From: Squalus acanthias | Lineage: Eukaryota | Direction of reading: 5' to 3' | Assembly (NCBI GenBank): GCA_030390025.1 | Contig: CM059432.1 | Coordinates: 84,136,001-84,200,000, forward strand | Length of the DNA stretch: 64,000 nt | Shown here: one piece after another, positions 51,271-64,000 of the stretch | Numbering within the stretch: position 1 is the stretch's first letter | How the letters are laid out: each line of letters starts with the position of its first letter | Notes under the pieces: generated by a model | Databases searched by the model: none | Told to the model about the DNA's origin: nothing | What the model saw: only the letters and a program-made list of their open reading frames with translations | Translations under genes and position numbers: made by a program

Positions 51271-53090
51271 CTACTTTTTGCCCTTCGAGGGTGATCTCCT
51301 TCCCTTGCGCACTTCCCCCCTTCTAACCCTACTGCTCCTCCGTAATGGGACCTCAGTGGCTGCAGCAAGGCTGGTGGAAGGCTGCTGATTGTCAGACCCT
51401 GACACTGCAGATGCCCCTGAAGGACGGCCTCGACCAGTTCTGGGCCTGGAGGGCCCGGCTGCAGACTGCACCAACTCTGCATGGGCGGCAGCAGTCTGTC
51501 CTACAGGCGGTGGCAAGTGCAGTGGAGAAGTGACAGTGTTGGCAGCAGGAATGCTGTCATCGTGAGAGAGGACAGCAACTCCCTGCTCGCCCGACACACT
51601 GGCACTCCCACGGGGCAGCACTTCAGCATCCGGAGCAATCTGCTGGAGCACAGATTGCTGGCCTGCTGCGGCGCGGTGAGAGCCCCGGGGACATGTGAAT
51701 GAACCATCGAGGTTGGCAGCAGTCAGTGCTCACGTGGCCTCAATCTGAGTCTGCATGAGAGCAGTCAGAGATGGGATCACGGCAGTCAGTGACTGAATTG
51801 CAGCACTAAGCGTTAGTGTGGCATCCGCCTGTGCTACAGCGAAGTGCTCCACACTCCTTGCCAGTGACTCAATGCATTCGGGCACCCTTCCCACTGCACC
51901 CATGAGCTCAGTGTGCATGCCCACCGCCTGGGTGTTCATTTCTGCGATCAGCCGCTCCTCCTCTGCGTCCATTGCAGTAGGAGTCGCTGGCATACTCTCC
52001 CTCTGGGGAGAAGGCCCCCGTTCTTCCCTACCCCCATGGCGTTGCTGCAGCCCGCTGGGTCCTGGAGCTTCACCCTCATCAGACCCTTCCCCCCTGCTCC
52101 CCTCCAGGGAAGGCGTGTTCCCAGTGTGGGCATGGGCTTCCTCGGGAGAGGGTGGCACTGATGCTCCGGCTTCCTCTTCCTCCTCGGCTGCAGCTTCACT
52201 CCCAGTGGCAGCTTCAGGGCCCGTCTCCTCAGCTGGTGAATCACCATCTGAAAGCAGGGAGGTACAAGAGTGGCTTTAGCGTGAGGACAGGGTGGCAGTA
52301 AGGGAGGAATAAGTGCAGCGAGTTAGCAAGTTGGATTGAAAGTGTCAAAGGCTGGTGTTGTGAGGGACAAGTGGAAGGACAGAGGACAAAAAGGTGATGA
52401 CCTTACCATTGCTGTCCAGAACGGGGTCGGCGTCTCCAGTGGCGACGGGACCGATCACCCGGCTTGCCACAATCCTGTGGACGCGCTCCTCAAGATCGCT
52501 GAGGGGTTGCAGCTGAGGCCGCCCTCCACCTGTCCGTTGCTGCTGTCTCCGATTATGCGCCAGCTTGGCCTGCAAGAAAAAGGACAGCATCTGAGTAAAT
52601 ATACAGCCATGGTCTTGCCTGATGTGCCTCCCATAGGTGAATAGCCCTTACTGTATGCAGCCATGGTCTTGCCTGATGTGCCTCCCATAGGTGAATAGCC
52701 CTTACTGTATGCAAAGTGTGGAATGTGTGTGTGTGTTTCATGAAAGGGCCATAGGTGTTGGATGAGTGTTGTGCATTGGGGTTTTAAGACCCTCTGGCCA
52801 TAGAGTGAGGTTGAGATGGAGGGATGGAGAGGTATTGAGAAAAAGCCACTCACCCTGACGACCCGAGTGAGGTCGTTGAACTTTTTGCGGCATTGAACAT
52901 GGGTCCTGGGCACCATGCTCCTGGAGGAGACGCTCTGAGCCACCTCCCTCCACACTCTTCTGTACTCGCGTGGCAAAGGCCTCCTGCCACTCTCAGGGAA
53001 GAGTATACATCTTCTGCGCTCCACCGCGCCAACCAGAGCATCCAAGGCCCGCTCGGTGAAGCGATGAGCTCGTTCTCTCACCCTCTCCAT
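51271..53090 (-). pseudogene. Myb-like partner gene of copy C, exons 53090-52854, 52569-52407, 52247-51271; single premature TGA at 51732-51730
   Basis: Splice sites intact. The codon is CGA in copy B, and the frame continues to the normal stop. Confidence 0.88.
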
Positions 53091-53639
53091 CCTTGGCAGC
53101 AAAATGGATTCACAGGTCTCTCCAGGCCGAGATTCAAGGCTGCAATGAGCAGGGTGTGGCTGGGGAGCAAGTTGGCCTCCCCCCCGCTTTAAGAACTGGC
53201 CGGCGCCAGCGTGTCTGCGTTCCCTCGCTAACTGGCAGCACCTGCGCTCGCGCGCTGAGTTAGCGCCTCACTGCTCGGCCTTTGCGCCTTAAGACAGGTG
53301 TGCAGCGCCTGATTTAGCGCTCCACTCACCTCCCGGGGCGGTAAAAGTGAAGTTTCCAGTCAGTGGCGATAATTAGCGCCAGGCGCTAATATTTGCGTCC
53401 AGACGATATTTGCGCCCCAAACGGGGCGCGACCTAATTTTTCCCCCATTATTTCTTGGAAGAATCCCACTAGAGTTTAAAACTGATAGAGCGGTAGTTGT
53501 GGTAGTAATAGCTGTTACCCACAATGAAGAAAGTAAAATAGGACCTCAACAGAGGCCAAATACAATTCTATGGGGTGAAAGTTGGTTATGCCCCGTTTTC
53601 GGGTCGACAACTGGCAGTACATATAGAGTGCGTGCCCCA

Positions 53640-53792
53640 ACTGGGACCATTGGGGTCTTAAAAAAGAGCTTTCACTGCCTTGACAAATCGAGAGGGGCTC
53701 TGCAGAATGCATCAGCTCATGTGTTACGCATACCTGTAGCCTACTGTGCTATGCATAACTTTGGCATAAAAGCTGTATTTGGACATTGCTGA
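53640..53792 (+). pseudogene. Old Harbinger transposase 3' fragment
   Basis: GTIGVLKKSFHCLDKSRGALQ...YCAMHNF in ORF 53499-53792. Confidence 0.75.
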
Positions 53793-53829
53793 GGAGGTAT
53801 CTCTACCCTTCAAATAGCTTCTGGACTTC

Positions 53830-56800
53830 ACTTGCCTGCCTTAGACAACGGTTCGTTGCTGCTCCGTGCCGGCCCCATTCTGCTTACGTTGGCTTTGTCC
53901 TTCCTTGGGATCTCTGACTTTGACCCTGCTCTCCCTACTATTGTCCCCAACCTATTCCCTGCTACCAGGAAATATGTATTCCATTAATTACTACATTTAA
54001 CCAGGCCTATGTCACCTGAGCTTTTCCCCGTCTCCAGTCACATGCGCACTTTGGCTGCCGCTCCGGACCCAAGCCATTCAATACTTTTACACTTTTCTCC
54101 CCCTTTTCCTTTTCTCTCTATCCCTCCCTGACTGCTCTCTCCTGTCATCATGCCTCCTTTCATTTCTCCTCTCTCGGATACTCTGCCCTCCCAAATCCCT
54201 ACCCCAATCCTTCATTACTCTTTGACCTTCCTACTCTCCTGCCGCCGTCCCAGGCTTGACTCCCTCTTAGATAAGCCTACAGCTTCCCTCTGTGCCTCTC
54301 TTGGCATCCTACGAAGGGCCCATCGAGCTACTCGTCACTGTCGCCTTACGAGTAGCAACCCCAACTGTTCCATCCTACTCTCTCGCCAACCTTCCCACCC
54401 AGCGTGCCCACTGGGGGCTAATCTTGCCAATCCCCTCCCTATCCAACTCATGCCCCCCAGCGCTGACACTGTGGATGCTGGCAGTGGATTAGCCATCACC
54501 AACCCTCTCCGCATCTCCCTCCAGAATGTCCGTTCACTTGCGAACAAGGCCCTTGCCATCCATGAGCTTATCATGGATGATTGTATCGACATCATGGCCC
54601 TGACGGAAACTTGGTTGAGGGTTAAAAGAAGCCTCCCCGCCTGGCTATACCTTCACCACTTGCCCCGCTCAGACCGCCGTGGTGGCGGTGTGGCTCTCAT
54701 TACCATATCACACCTTGGTCTGTCCCCCTACTCCTCTGGCACTTTCTCCTCCTTTGAGCATCTCACCTTATTCCACCCCTCTCACCACTCATTTAAAATT
54801 CTCGTTCTCTACCGCCCACCCAAGTACCATAAAAATGTTATTACCAAAATATCTTCTCTGCTTTCCTCCCTCAGCCTCTGCACCGAACGACTTCTCATCT
54901 TCGGTGATTTCAACCTCCATCTCAATTCATCATGCTCTCTCTCCTCTGAGTTCACTAGCCTCCTATCCTCCTTTAATCTCTCCCTCCATGTAAACTCCCC
55001 AACCCATATTCACGGCCACCCCCTCAACCTTGCCATCTCTCGTGGCCTCGCTACTCCCATCGTGTCAATTGCAGTAAGGCCATCTCTGACCACTTCCTCA
55101 TATCGCTCTCCACCCACATCCCCCTTCCACCCTCACCAACCCTACTTCCTTCTGTGTCTGCCCCTGGAAAAAACTCTCTCCCAACTCTCTTACAACTGCA
55201 CTTATGAAATCCCAACTGACCAGCCTTTGGCCCTCCATTCACCATGACATTTCTGCTACCGATCTGCTCAACCACACCCTTATCACTTTTGATGCCCTAG
55301 ACCCTATTAAAACAATTACTCTCTCTCACCCTGGCTGTTTCCCCTGGTACGGCCCTCATCTTCGCCCCCTTAAGTCCAAGGGATGCAGACTTGAACGGAT
55401 ATGGCGGACAACTGGTTTAGCCATTCACAGCCAGATCTGGCTGGACCACATAAAGCATTATCGGGTCCTGCTCTCATCTGCCAAAATTGCTCACTATTCC
55501 AGAATCATTCTGGAATGCAAAGATAAACCCCAGCTTCTATTCTCCACTGCTAACCGTCTTCTTAAACCCCTCTCCCGTCTCCTCCACCCTCACCTCTGAC
55601 AACAAGTGTGAGGAGCTCATGGACTTCTTTGTCTCTAAGATTGAGACCATCTGTTCAGCTGCCTCTGCCACTTCCCTTCCTTCCCCTAGCCCACTGGGCC
55701 AAACTTCCTCTAAGAATCCCCCCTGCCCTAGCCCTGAACTCACATCTTTCTCCAGTTTCTCTCCGATCTCCTCTCATGACCTCTTCACGCTCACCTTGTC
55801 CATGAGACCCAGTTTCTGCTCCCTCGACCCTATTCCCACCAAACTGCTGACCATCCAGCTTCCTTTCCTGGCTTTCATGTTAGCTGACATTGTTAACGGT
55901 TCTCTCTCCTCAGGTACTGTCTCCCCTCTCCCTCATATCTGCCGTCATCACCCTTCTCCTCAAAAAAACAACCCTTGACCCCTCCGTACTTGCAAACTAC
56001 TGCCCCATCTCCAACCTCCCTATCCTCTCCAAAGCCCTTGAACGCGTTGTCACCTCCCAAATCCGTGCCCATCTTTCCCGCAACTCCATATTTGAATCCC
56101 TCCAATCAGGTTTCCGCCCTTGCCACAGTACCAAAACGGCTCTCATCAAAGTCACAAATTACATCCTTTGTGACTGTGACAAAGGTAAACTATCCCTCCT
56201 TGTCCTTCTTGACTTGTCTGCAGCCTTTTCTTCCCGCTCCCGCATCGTTACCTCTGGTGTCCCCCAAGAATCTATCCTTGGCCCCCTCCGATTTCTCATC
56301 TACATGCTGCCCCTTGGCGACATCATCCGAAAACATAGCGTCAGTTTCCACATGTATGCTCAAGACACCCAGCTCTACCTCACTACCACTTCTCTCAACC
56401 CCTCCACGGTCTCTAAATTGTCAGACTGCTTGTCCAGCATCCAGTTCTGGATGAGCAGAAATTTTCTCCAATTAAATATTGGGAAGACTGAAGCCTTTGT
56501 TTTCAGTCCCCGCCACAAACTCCGTTCCCTAGCCATTGACTCCATCCCTCTCCCCAACATCTGTCTGATGCGGAACCACACTGTTCGCAACCTTGCTTTC
56601 ATATTTAACCCTGAAATGAGCTTCCGACCACATATCCGCGGCATAACTAAGACCATCTATTTCCACCTCCGTAACATCGCCCGTCTCTGCCCTTGCCTCA
56701 GCTCATCCACTGCTGAAACCCTCATCTTTGCCTTTGTTACCTCTAGACTTGAGTATTCCAACGCACTCCTGGCTGGCCTCCCACATTCTACACTATCTAA

Positions 56801-57199
56801 ACTTGAGGTGATCCAAAACTCGGCTACCCGTGACCTAACTTGCACCAAGTCCCATTCACCCATCACCCCTGTGCTCGCACAACCCCCCTGAGATATCTGT
56901 GCTCCTCAAATTCTGCCCTCTTGAGCATCCCTGATTATAATCACTCAACTATTGGTGGCCGTGCCTTCTGTTGCCTAGGCCCTAAGCTCTGGAATTCCCT
57001 GCCTAAACCTCTCCGCCTCTCTTTCCTCCTTTAAGACGCTCCTTAAAACTTACCTCTTTGACCAAGCTTTTGGTCACCTGCCCTAATTTCTCCTTATGTG
57101 GCTCGGTGTCAAATTTTTTGTCTTATAATACTCCAGTGAAGCACCTTGGGATGTTTTACTACGTTAAAGGCACTATATAAATACAAGTTGTTGTTGTTG
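53830..57199 (+). mobile_element. L2-clade LINE, ORF2 frameshifted with an internal RT deletion
   Basis: QNVRSL, LTETWL, YRPP, GDFN, QSGFR, LLDLSAAF, GVPQES and YAQD motifs. C/T-rich sense strand and (GTT)n 3' tail. 5' end approximate. Confidence 0.92.
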
Positions 57200-57599
57200 C
57201 ATTCCTAGCTGCTCTGGCGTGGATCTTCATGGAGGAGAGCAGCATTAAGGCCTTTGCTTAGAGGATTCCTCAGTAACTGCTACAAGGACTATCAGAGTAT
57301 ATCTCATCATATTAGTCTTCTCTTCTGTTTAACACAGTCTAACTTTAACACCAGTGTCTTAACTTCTCTCCCATCTTCAAAAAGGACTAGTGCTTCAATC
57401 CAATTTCCATCCTAGAACATAATACATCAGCTCTTTGGGCGTACATTTGACTGTGGTCGATAATGTGAAATGGGCAACATTGATTCAGTCACCGGTTAAA
57501 CATCTCTCCTGATTTTCATTGAAGTCTAAATAGAGGAACAGGCGCGAGGGGCTGGATGGCCTACTCCTGTTCCTATGTTCCAAAGTGAAGCCAACCTAC

Positions 57600-58400
57600 T
57601 CTGTCCTAACACTGTGCTGCCCCTTGGTGCATTTTGAGGGTCAGTATCATAAGAAGTTGTTGGCTGCTCATGTTCTACAAATGGGCCATGGGACGAAGGT
57701 GGCCCACCTCTCATGGCAGCTGGTGCCTGGCATTTCTGGAGCTTTTTCCTGGGCAGCCTGGTGTCATCTCTTATGTTCCAGGGGTGTTTTGCTCTGAGGG
57801 CAAAGGCCAAAAGCCCAGCATTTGCAGCTGTCCTGAGAGATGGCAATATTAAGCAAGTTGCCTCAAGTAGTCACCATTACACTGGGTCCTGGATCTGTGT
57901 CCCCACTGATCAAACCCTGAAAGAAAGCACTATAAATTGGGGCTGCCATGGCCTCGAACCTGGTATGCAGGATGCTGTCTATTCTGTTCCCTATTTTTAA
58001 CAGTGCTGCAGTTTGTGTTCCCTTGGAGGTGGAGGAACCTACTCGTCCCTGGCTGTTTCACAGGTTGGGATCTGCTGCAGATTCCTATGAAGCTGCCACA
58101 TGTTCCATTGATGCCTACAATGCAGCAAAAGCATCCCTGATGTTGCCGCAAATGAGAGCCATAGACTCAAGAGACATACCTGTCAGTGTTTGCACAGCCT
58201 TAGAGACAGATCTGCGTGCCTGCAAGTTGCTATGATATTCCTCAAACATTGTTCTTTTCAGGCAAGTACCCATGGGTTTTGGGTACCACAACTTTGAAGG
58301 TATGGGCAGCCTTCACCTCAGCTTCTACTGTGAAGGTGGAAAATCCTTACTCACTCCACACTCCTCCAGCTCCCTCATGCGTTATGAATCACCTAGTGCC
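57600..58400 (-). pseudogene. Possible very old Harbinger partner exon-3 remnant
   Basis: Stop-interrupted frame ESMALICGNIRDAFAAL*ASMEHVAAS*ESAADPNL resembles the helical region of other copies. Confidence 0.35.
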
Positions 58401-58459
58401 ACATCCTCACTAACACTGTATGATAGTAAATGGTATGAAAACAGTTAATCTGGAATACT

Positions 58460-58690
58460 ACTTGAAAGTAACATTGGGTGTAGGACAAGGGGACATTGGT
58501 TCAAATCAGTAAAAGGTAACCTTAGGACTGATATCAGGAGGTTCTTCTTCATGCAGAGAGTAATCAACATTTAGAATGGATTCTAGAAACTAGATGCAAT
58601 AATGGGGGAAGTGTAGGGTTGTTCTGGATGGATGAACTAAGTTGGGTCAAAAGGCCTTTCTCATCCGTAAGTATCTTGTGATCTTGTGTG
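58460..58690 (+). mobile_element. Short decayed CR1 3' fragment
   Basis: RTRGHWFKSVKGNLRTDIRRFFFMQRVINI-like translation; TCTTGTGA repeats. Confidence 0.65.
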
Positions 58691-58839
58691 CCTCATTTAT
58701 GGTGCCCTGTGAGGAGGATTCTATAACCCACATGTGTGGGGTTCTGATGTACTGGATAGAAACTCTGCAATCCATCATGGAGCATATGGCAGCTACAGCA
58801 GAACTCCCCCATGACAGAGTCCCTATTGTCAGTCATATA

Positions 58840-60049
58840 GGGCTAGAAATTCGGCTCCCTGGCTTCCCGCGGGTGCAAGGATCGCGCGCACACCTACCTA
58901 CCGTGCCTGCCGTTGACCCCTGGGCCCGCGGGGAATTCGGCTCCTGGGCCTCCTCCAACTGCCGGCGCGCAGGGCTTGCGTATCCCAGGGGCGTAGTTAG
59001 TGCGATGCGTCCCCTGGGATCACGTGGGCCATGAAGAGCCAATGGCAGCAGACCATCTTTCATTCACGGATTTGACAGGACCTGTCAAATCTATGAATAC
59101 AGATCGGCCCCAAAACATCCCTAAAACTACAAATAAATTTTTAAAAAAACATCACATTTTTAAAATAACTATAAATTACATTAATTAACTATTTTAAACA
59201 AAAATTTAAATTTTTGAAAAAATTAATTACACTTTTTAACGGGGCTAAAACTAAACTTACCTTTCTTTAAAGTATTTAAAAAAGATAAATCTGTGAAAAA
59301 AATGTTTAAATTTTAATAAAATCAACACTTACCTTGTTAAAAGAAGGCCTTGCGCCTCCTTTTTCAATGTGCATCTTCTCCGTGCTTACCCTCACGGAGG
59401 AACCTGTAAAAAAACCCGAAGTGCGAGGCGAACGCGCTGGCCCTCCGGCGTGCGCGTTCGACCTCTGAACCCCTTCCTTCAGGGGAACGGAAGTGCCGGT
59501 TTCCCGCGCATGCGCAGCCAGTAGAGGAACACATCAAAGCAGCACTAGATGAGTGAGTCCAGCAGTCCAGTGAGATAAATAGGGGAAACACCTGGGTGTC
59601 AAACAGTAGCAAGACATAAAAATCACATATAGAGCATCATATGGTGGTACTTCATTTGAATTGTTCCCAGAGTCTTCTTATCATAGTATTGCATATTGAA
59701 ACCTTAGGTGAGAGAAAAGATTTTCTTGACAACTGAGAGCAGTTGTGAAATCTGGAAGTGAGGGTACTTTTGTAAAAGAAATGGTGAAGATTTAGGGAAG
59801 ACATGGAAAAGGTCAAAGGTTCTTGTACGGAACTCCCATAAGTATGAATCGGGATTCCCTTCTTTTATTGGTTGGGCCGGCCCGCGAACCGCATGTGCCC
59901 CTGGGATACGTGGACCTCTGCCTGCGCAGACCTGGAGAGGCCCAGGATCTCAAGCATCCGTATCTCCCGGGCCACCAGGTAAATGCATAGATTTTTTACA
60001 GGTCGGAGGCATCCGCCAGCCGGAAGCCTCCAATCGCAAATTTTGGGCC
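58840..60049. mobile_element. Non-autonomous DNA element with Harbinger-like end and long imperfect inverted arms
   Basis: Starts GGGCTAGAAATTCGG. CGTATCCCAGGGGC (~58979) is inverted at ~59897, around an AT-rich core. No clear TSD. Confidence 0.55.
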
Positions 60050-61043
60050 ATGGTTGTTGGCAGCCAATTAGACTTTCCTGACTGATGATCACCTTGGCAT
60101 GCCTTCCTTCATGCAGTACCATTCAAAGCATAACATATTGTGATTGGGGTGCTTCTGAAGAACTGTCCAATGATACAGTTAGTCAGCATTCATATTTTTA
60201 GTAATACAATTGAGTCTTCTGTCCCAGCTATTTTTAGGAATAGGAGCAGCCATGTGCACTAAATGTCAACCAAAACAAAGTCTGATCACGTATATCTGCA
60301 GATGTAGGTGCACAGGTACTGGATGGTGAACACAGAACATTTCTAGCGCAGCCTGACCTGCCTGGCATTCTTTTATTGGTCCTTCTCTTCTTCCAAATAT
60401 ATCAGATATGGGGATTCCCATTGGTGTCAGTAATGGTACTGGGGTTAAAACAATTAAACTAATTGGTACAAAGTCTTATGAGAACCAGCAGAAAAAGAAA
60501 AGCACAAAACAAGTGGAGAAATGGCCTTAAAACTGTTCAATGAATCTTCTTACTCAGCTATTTAAACTATCAACCCCTGACTGCTATTATATTTAGGAGG
60601 AATTACATTTGGTGCTGACTCAGTAATGATGGCTAGAAAATGATGGACAGCTTCCTGTATCTGCCCCATGTTCTGCTAGAAAAGCGAGTCATGCGCAAAA
60701 GCAGTGGAGATGTGGCATCACAGATCTTTGCCCCCTTTTCCATGCCATTACGTCCCATGAACTGGTGCTCAGGGGTGTTATTGACATGAAAATCGACTCC
60801 ATAGGTTCCAATGTCACTTAATAATTTACTAATAATATAATCCTTAAACTAGCATTGTTATTTCTAAATTTCATAAAAAGTAAGTTGATCATGTATACAA
60901 CTATATATCGATCTACCTGGCTAATTAAAAGTTTTACATCTAGCAAAATGTCAGTAGGGCTGGAAAATATCACTTTTTATTTTATGCCAATCTTTTAATG
61001 CAACTGCTTAATTTTTCAACTTTCTATTAAAGTTACTAGATAA

Positions 61044-61773
61044 CTAGCTGATCTCCCATGCCATTGCTGATGGACAAAACAGGCAGATTTATAATAACAG
61101 ATGAGTTATAAATTAATAAATTCAGACAGAAATTTTATGAATAACTACAATGAGTAACTCATTGATTTATAAAAGCTATTCCATATGTGCATTTTTAATT
61201 TAGTAAGTAAATTAATTATTAAATACAGCAGTAAGTTCATGAATTATTAATGCAGTTAGTAAATCAATTAGTGATGAAATCCAATGAGTAAGTTCATTAA
61301 ATTTAGTGAGCAACTTGCTAAATTATTAGTTAGTGACTCAATAACTTACTGAAAAGTATGATCGCATTTGAACTGTTGCATTCTGCTGTTGTAGGCTCAG
61401 TGTCGTGCATTCCGTTGGGGCCTGCTCTGACTCAGTGTTGAGCTGCTTTGCACTGGATCATACAGGTATAGAAATGCTGCAATTTTGTTCAATGCATTAA
61501 TGAATGGGAAAAACTGCCCATTGCCAGTGTACAACCAAGGACAAAGATCTCATATGCACACAACCTTGAAAAGCAGCAATAAGGGGGTATTCTGCTACGT
61601 TCAGCACATCAATGAGCAACAAAGACAATGGTTTTTCATTGGTAGATTTTTAGTGAATGGAACATTGAGGCAATGATCATGCTTTGTGCCCCATGGCTAC
61701 TTCCCCATGCCTTACTAACACTTTTCCAGCCTTGCAGACATTTTGCTAGATGCAAAACTTTTGATTATATAGA
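61044..61773 (-). mobile_element. Probable non-autonomous Helitron (730 bp)
   Basis: Minus strand A|TCTATATAAT...CAGCTAG|T with a decayed hairpin CCATCAGCAATGGCATGG just upstream of CTAG. No TSD; internal degenerate AT-rich repeats. Confidence 0.6.
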
Positions 61774-63134
61774 TGAATTGATATGTAGATGGACTCATGA
61801 TAAATTTACTTCTTATGACATTTACAAATGAATATGCTTGTTATAAAATGTATAAATTGAATTTTTTTGATATTCATGTTACATCATTTCTGCAAAACCG
61901 TACCAAAAATTAGAATATTAAAATGGAAGCTGACAGGATTCATACAAGCAGCAAGCAAGAAAATGTGCACTTGCATTATCTATTATTTCTGAGTTCAGTA
62001 TGTGTCTTATCCAAAGAAATGACGACATCATGCCTCAGTTGCATTGACCATTATTTAATCACTAATATACAAGCTCTCCATTTAAAACATACCAGTCTGC
62101 TGCCTAAACACTCCAATTCCTTACAAACAACAGAATAATTTGTTTAGCTGTGTAAGCAGCAGTGAGACTGCATACAATGAAATAATGCATTCTGTTTTTA
62201 AAATGAATAAAAATTGATTATGTCCCAATAAAATCTAAATTGGCAGAGTGTTAATTGAATTCCACATAAACATCTGTAGCAGTCTGTGACTTTTTATTGT
62301 GTGGTAATGTAATATAGGACACTCAGGAATAAATGCATCCTCCAGATGATTTCACAGAGAATTTCTAATGCTGCCTGATGAAATTGTAAAAATCTGATTT
62401 TAAGGATGTGCTAATGACTCTTAAAACAAAGCAAAAACACTTAAGCACAAGAATAATTTTGCCCTACTGTCCGCTAGATAAATCATATGCAAATTAATGT
62501 CACTTGAAAAATATATGCCTTGAAGGTATAGTCATCATTTAGTACAACAAACAAAAATATATTACTAACTGATAAGAGTAGCTGTCATCAATGAAACAAC
62601 CATGCAGTAACAACTCTCTCCATGAAGACATTTTGCCTAATCTCTCTCCTCACAGTCTTAGTGGCAATTTTAAATTGATGTCCCCTCATCACTGACAAAA
62701 TGATATACCCTATTCACCTTATCAAGTTCCTTCATCATTTTAAAAATATCTCAAATTTCCTCTTAACCTTCTAGTGGAAATAGTCCCAGTTGGGAGGTGG
62801 GGGCTTTCCTGGAATCTAACACAGGAGGAGTTTAGGAGGAAGGGGACCAGAATCTGGGAGTATTAGTGGATTGCTGGGTCCTGACAGTATTGGAGTGAGG
62901 TGCAGGGTAGAGTAGCCTTGTGGGGAGGCGGTGGGGGGGGGGAACGTGCTGGTAGAATGGGACCCAAATTAGCCATGGCCCCTTTTGGACCATCAAGTGT
63001 TAATTCCCTATCATGGCCTTGTCTGTCAGCCTCCTTCCTTTAACCATTCACAGCCTCTTTTATGTTGTCAAGCTCCTCTTCATTGCCAATTTCCCTGTGG
63101 TCAAATGATTTCTGTCTTTATGTTGCTGCTTTAA

Positions 63135-64000
63135 CATAACAGCATACGAATTAGGAGCAGGAGTAGGCCATCCGGCCCCTTGAGCCTGCTCCGCCATTCA
63201 ATAAGATCATGGCTGATCTTCGACTTCAAACCCACTTTCCCACCTGGTCTCCATATCCCTTGATTCCTCTAGAGTCCAAAAATGTATCTATCTCAGCTTT
63301 GATTATACTCAACGATTTAGCATTCACAGCCCTTTGGGGTAGAGATTCCAAAGATTCACAACCATCTGAGTGAAGAATTCCTCCTCACCTCAATCTTAAA
63401 TGGCCAAACCCTTAGACTGAGACTATGCCCCCTAGTTCCAGACTCTCCAGCCAGGGAAAACAACCTCTCAGCAGCAACCCTGTAATCCCCCTCAGAATCT
63501 TATACGTTTCAATGAGATCACCTCTCATTCTTCTAAACTCCAGAGAGTATAGGCCCAATCTACTCAATCTCTCCTCATAGGGCAACCCTCTCAACCCAGG
63601 AATCAAACTAGTGAACCTTTGTTGCATCGCCTCTAAGGCAAGTATATTCTTCCCCAGATAAGGAAACCAAAACTGTGCATAGTACTCCAGGTGTGGTCTC
63701 ACCAAAGCCCTGTACAATTGTAGCAAGACTTCCTTACTCTTGTACTCCAACCCCCTTGCAATAAAGACCAACATGTCATTTGCCTTCCTAATTGCTTGCT
63801 GTACCTGCATGCTAACTCTGTTTCCTGTACGAGGACATCTAAATCTCTCTGAGCACCAACATTTAATAATTTTTCACCATTTTATTCTTCCTACCAAATT
63901 GAATACCCTCAAGTTTCCCCACATTATACTCCATCTGCCACCTTATTGCCAACTCACTTAACCTGTCTATATCCCTTTGATATAGACCTAACCTGTCTAC
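63135..64000 (-). mobile_element. CR1 LINE 3' portion
   Basis: ORF 63412-63810 (RPHLEY, RGDLIETYK) and 3' UTR hairpin near 63153-63192. Confidence 0.93.

Larger units (their letters stand above)
49296..53446 (+). mobile_element. Full-length Harbinger copy C (4151 bp)
   Basis: TIRs GGGGTAAAAATT / AATTTTTCCCCC. Perfect TSD ATT (49293-49295, 53447-53449). Close relative of B. Confidence 0.97.
48650..53540 (+). mobile_element. Very decayed Gypsy gag-protease remnant, interrupted by Harbinger copy C
   Basis: 48785-48890 reads LHDEMI*DCVVVGLQDGMLSERLQLDSKSILDKAI (gag-like). Decayed Cys knuckles near 49085-49190 and protease-like EFKTDRAVVVVVI after 53470. Confidence 0.55.

Overview
Eukaryotic, repeat-dominated window, most likely from a cartilaginous fish. 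This is inferred from the CR1 tails, a V-SINE/HE1-like SINE and a Penelope-like tail. No host gene could be identified with confidence. The window holds a dense, deeply nested cluster of PIF/Harbinger DNA transposons, each a HARBI1-like DDE transposase converging on a three-exon Myb/SANT-like partner gene. Three related full-length ~4.15 kb copies are present (A 17717-21860, B 36510-40656, C 49296-53446). Copy B has both genes intact plus TIRs and a TAA TSD. Copy C has an intact transposase and one CGA>TGA stop in the partner gene, and copy A is decayed. About a dozen older Harbinger fragments and MITEs surround them. Also present are five CR1 LINE copies, a second CR1-group LINE, an L2 LINE, a Mag-like Gypsy element with both LTRs but no integrase core, a decayed Gypsy, two solo LTRs (one of 1450 bp with foamy-like layout), a Penelope-like fragment with a minimal hammerhead motif, a hAT-type MITE and a probable non-autonomous Helitron. 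All coordinates were read by eye; ends called approximate are uncertain by tens of bases.
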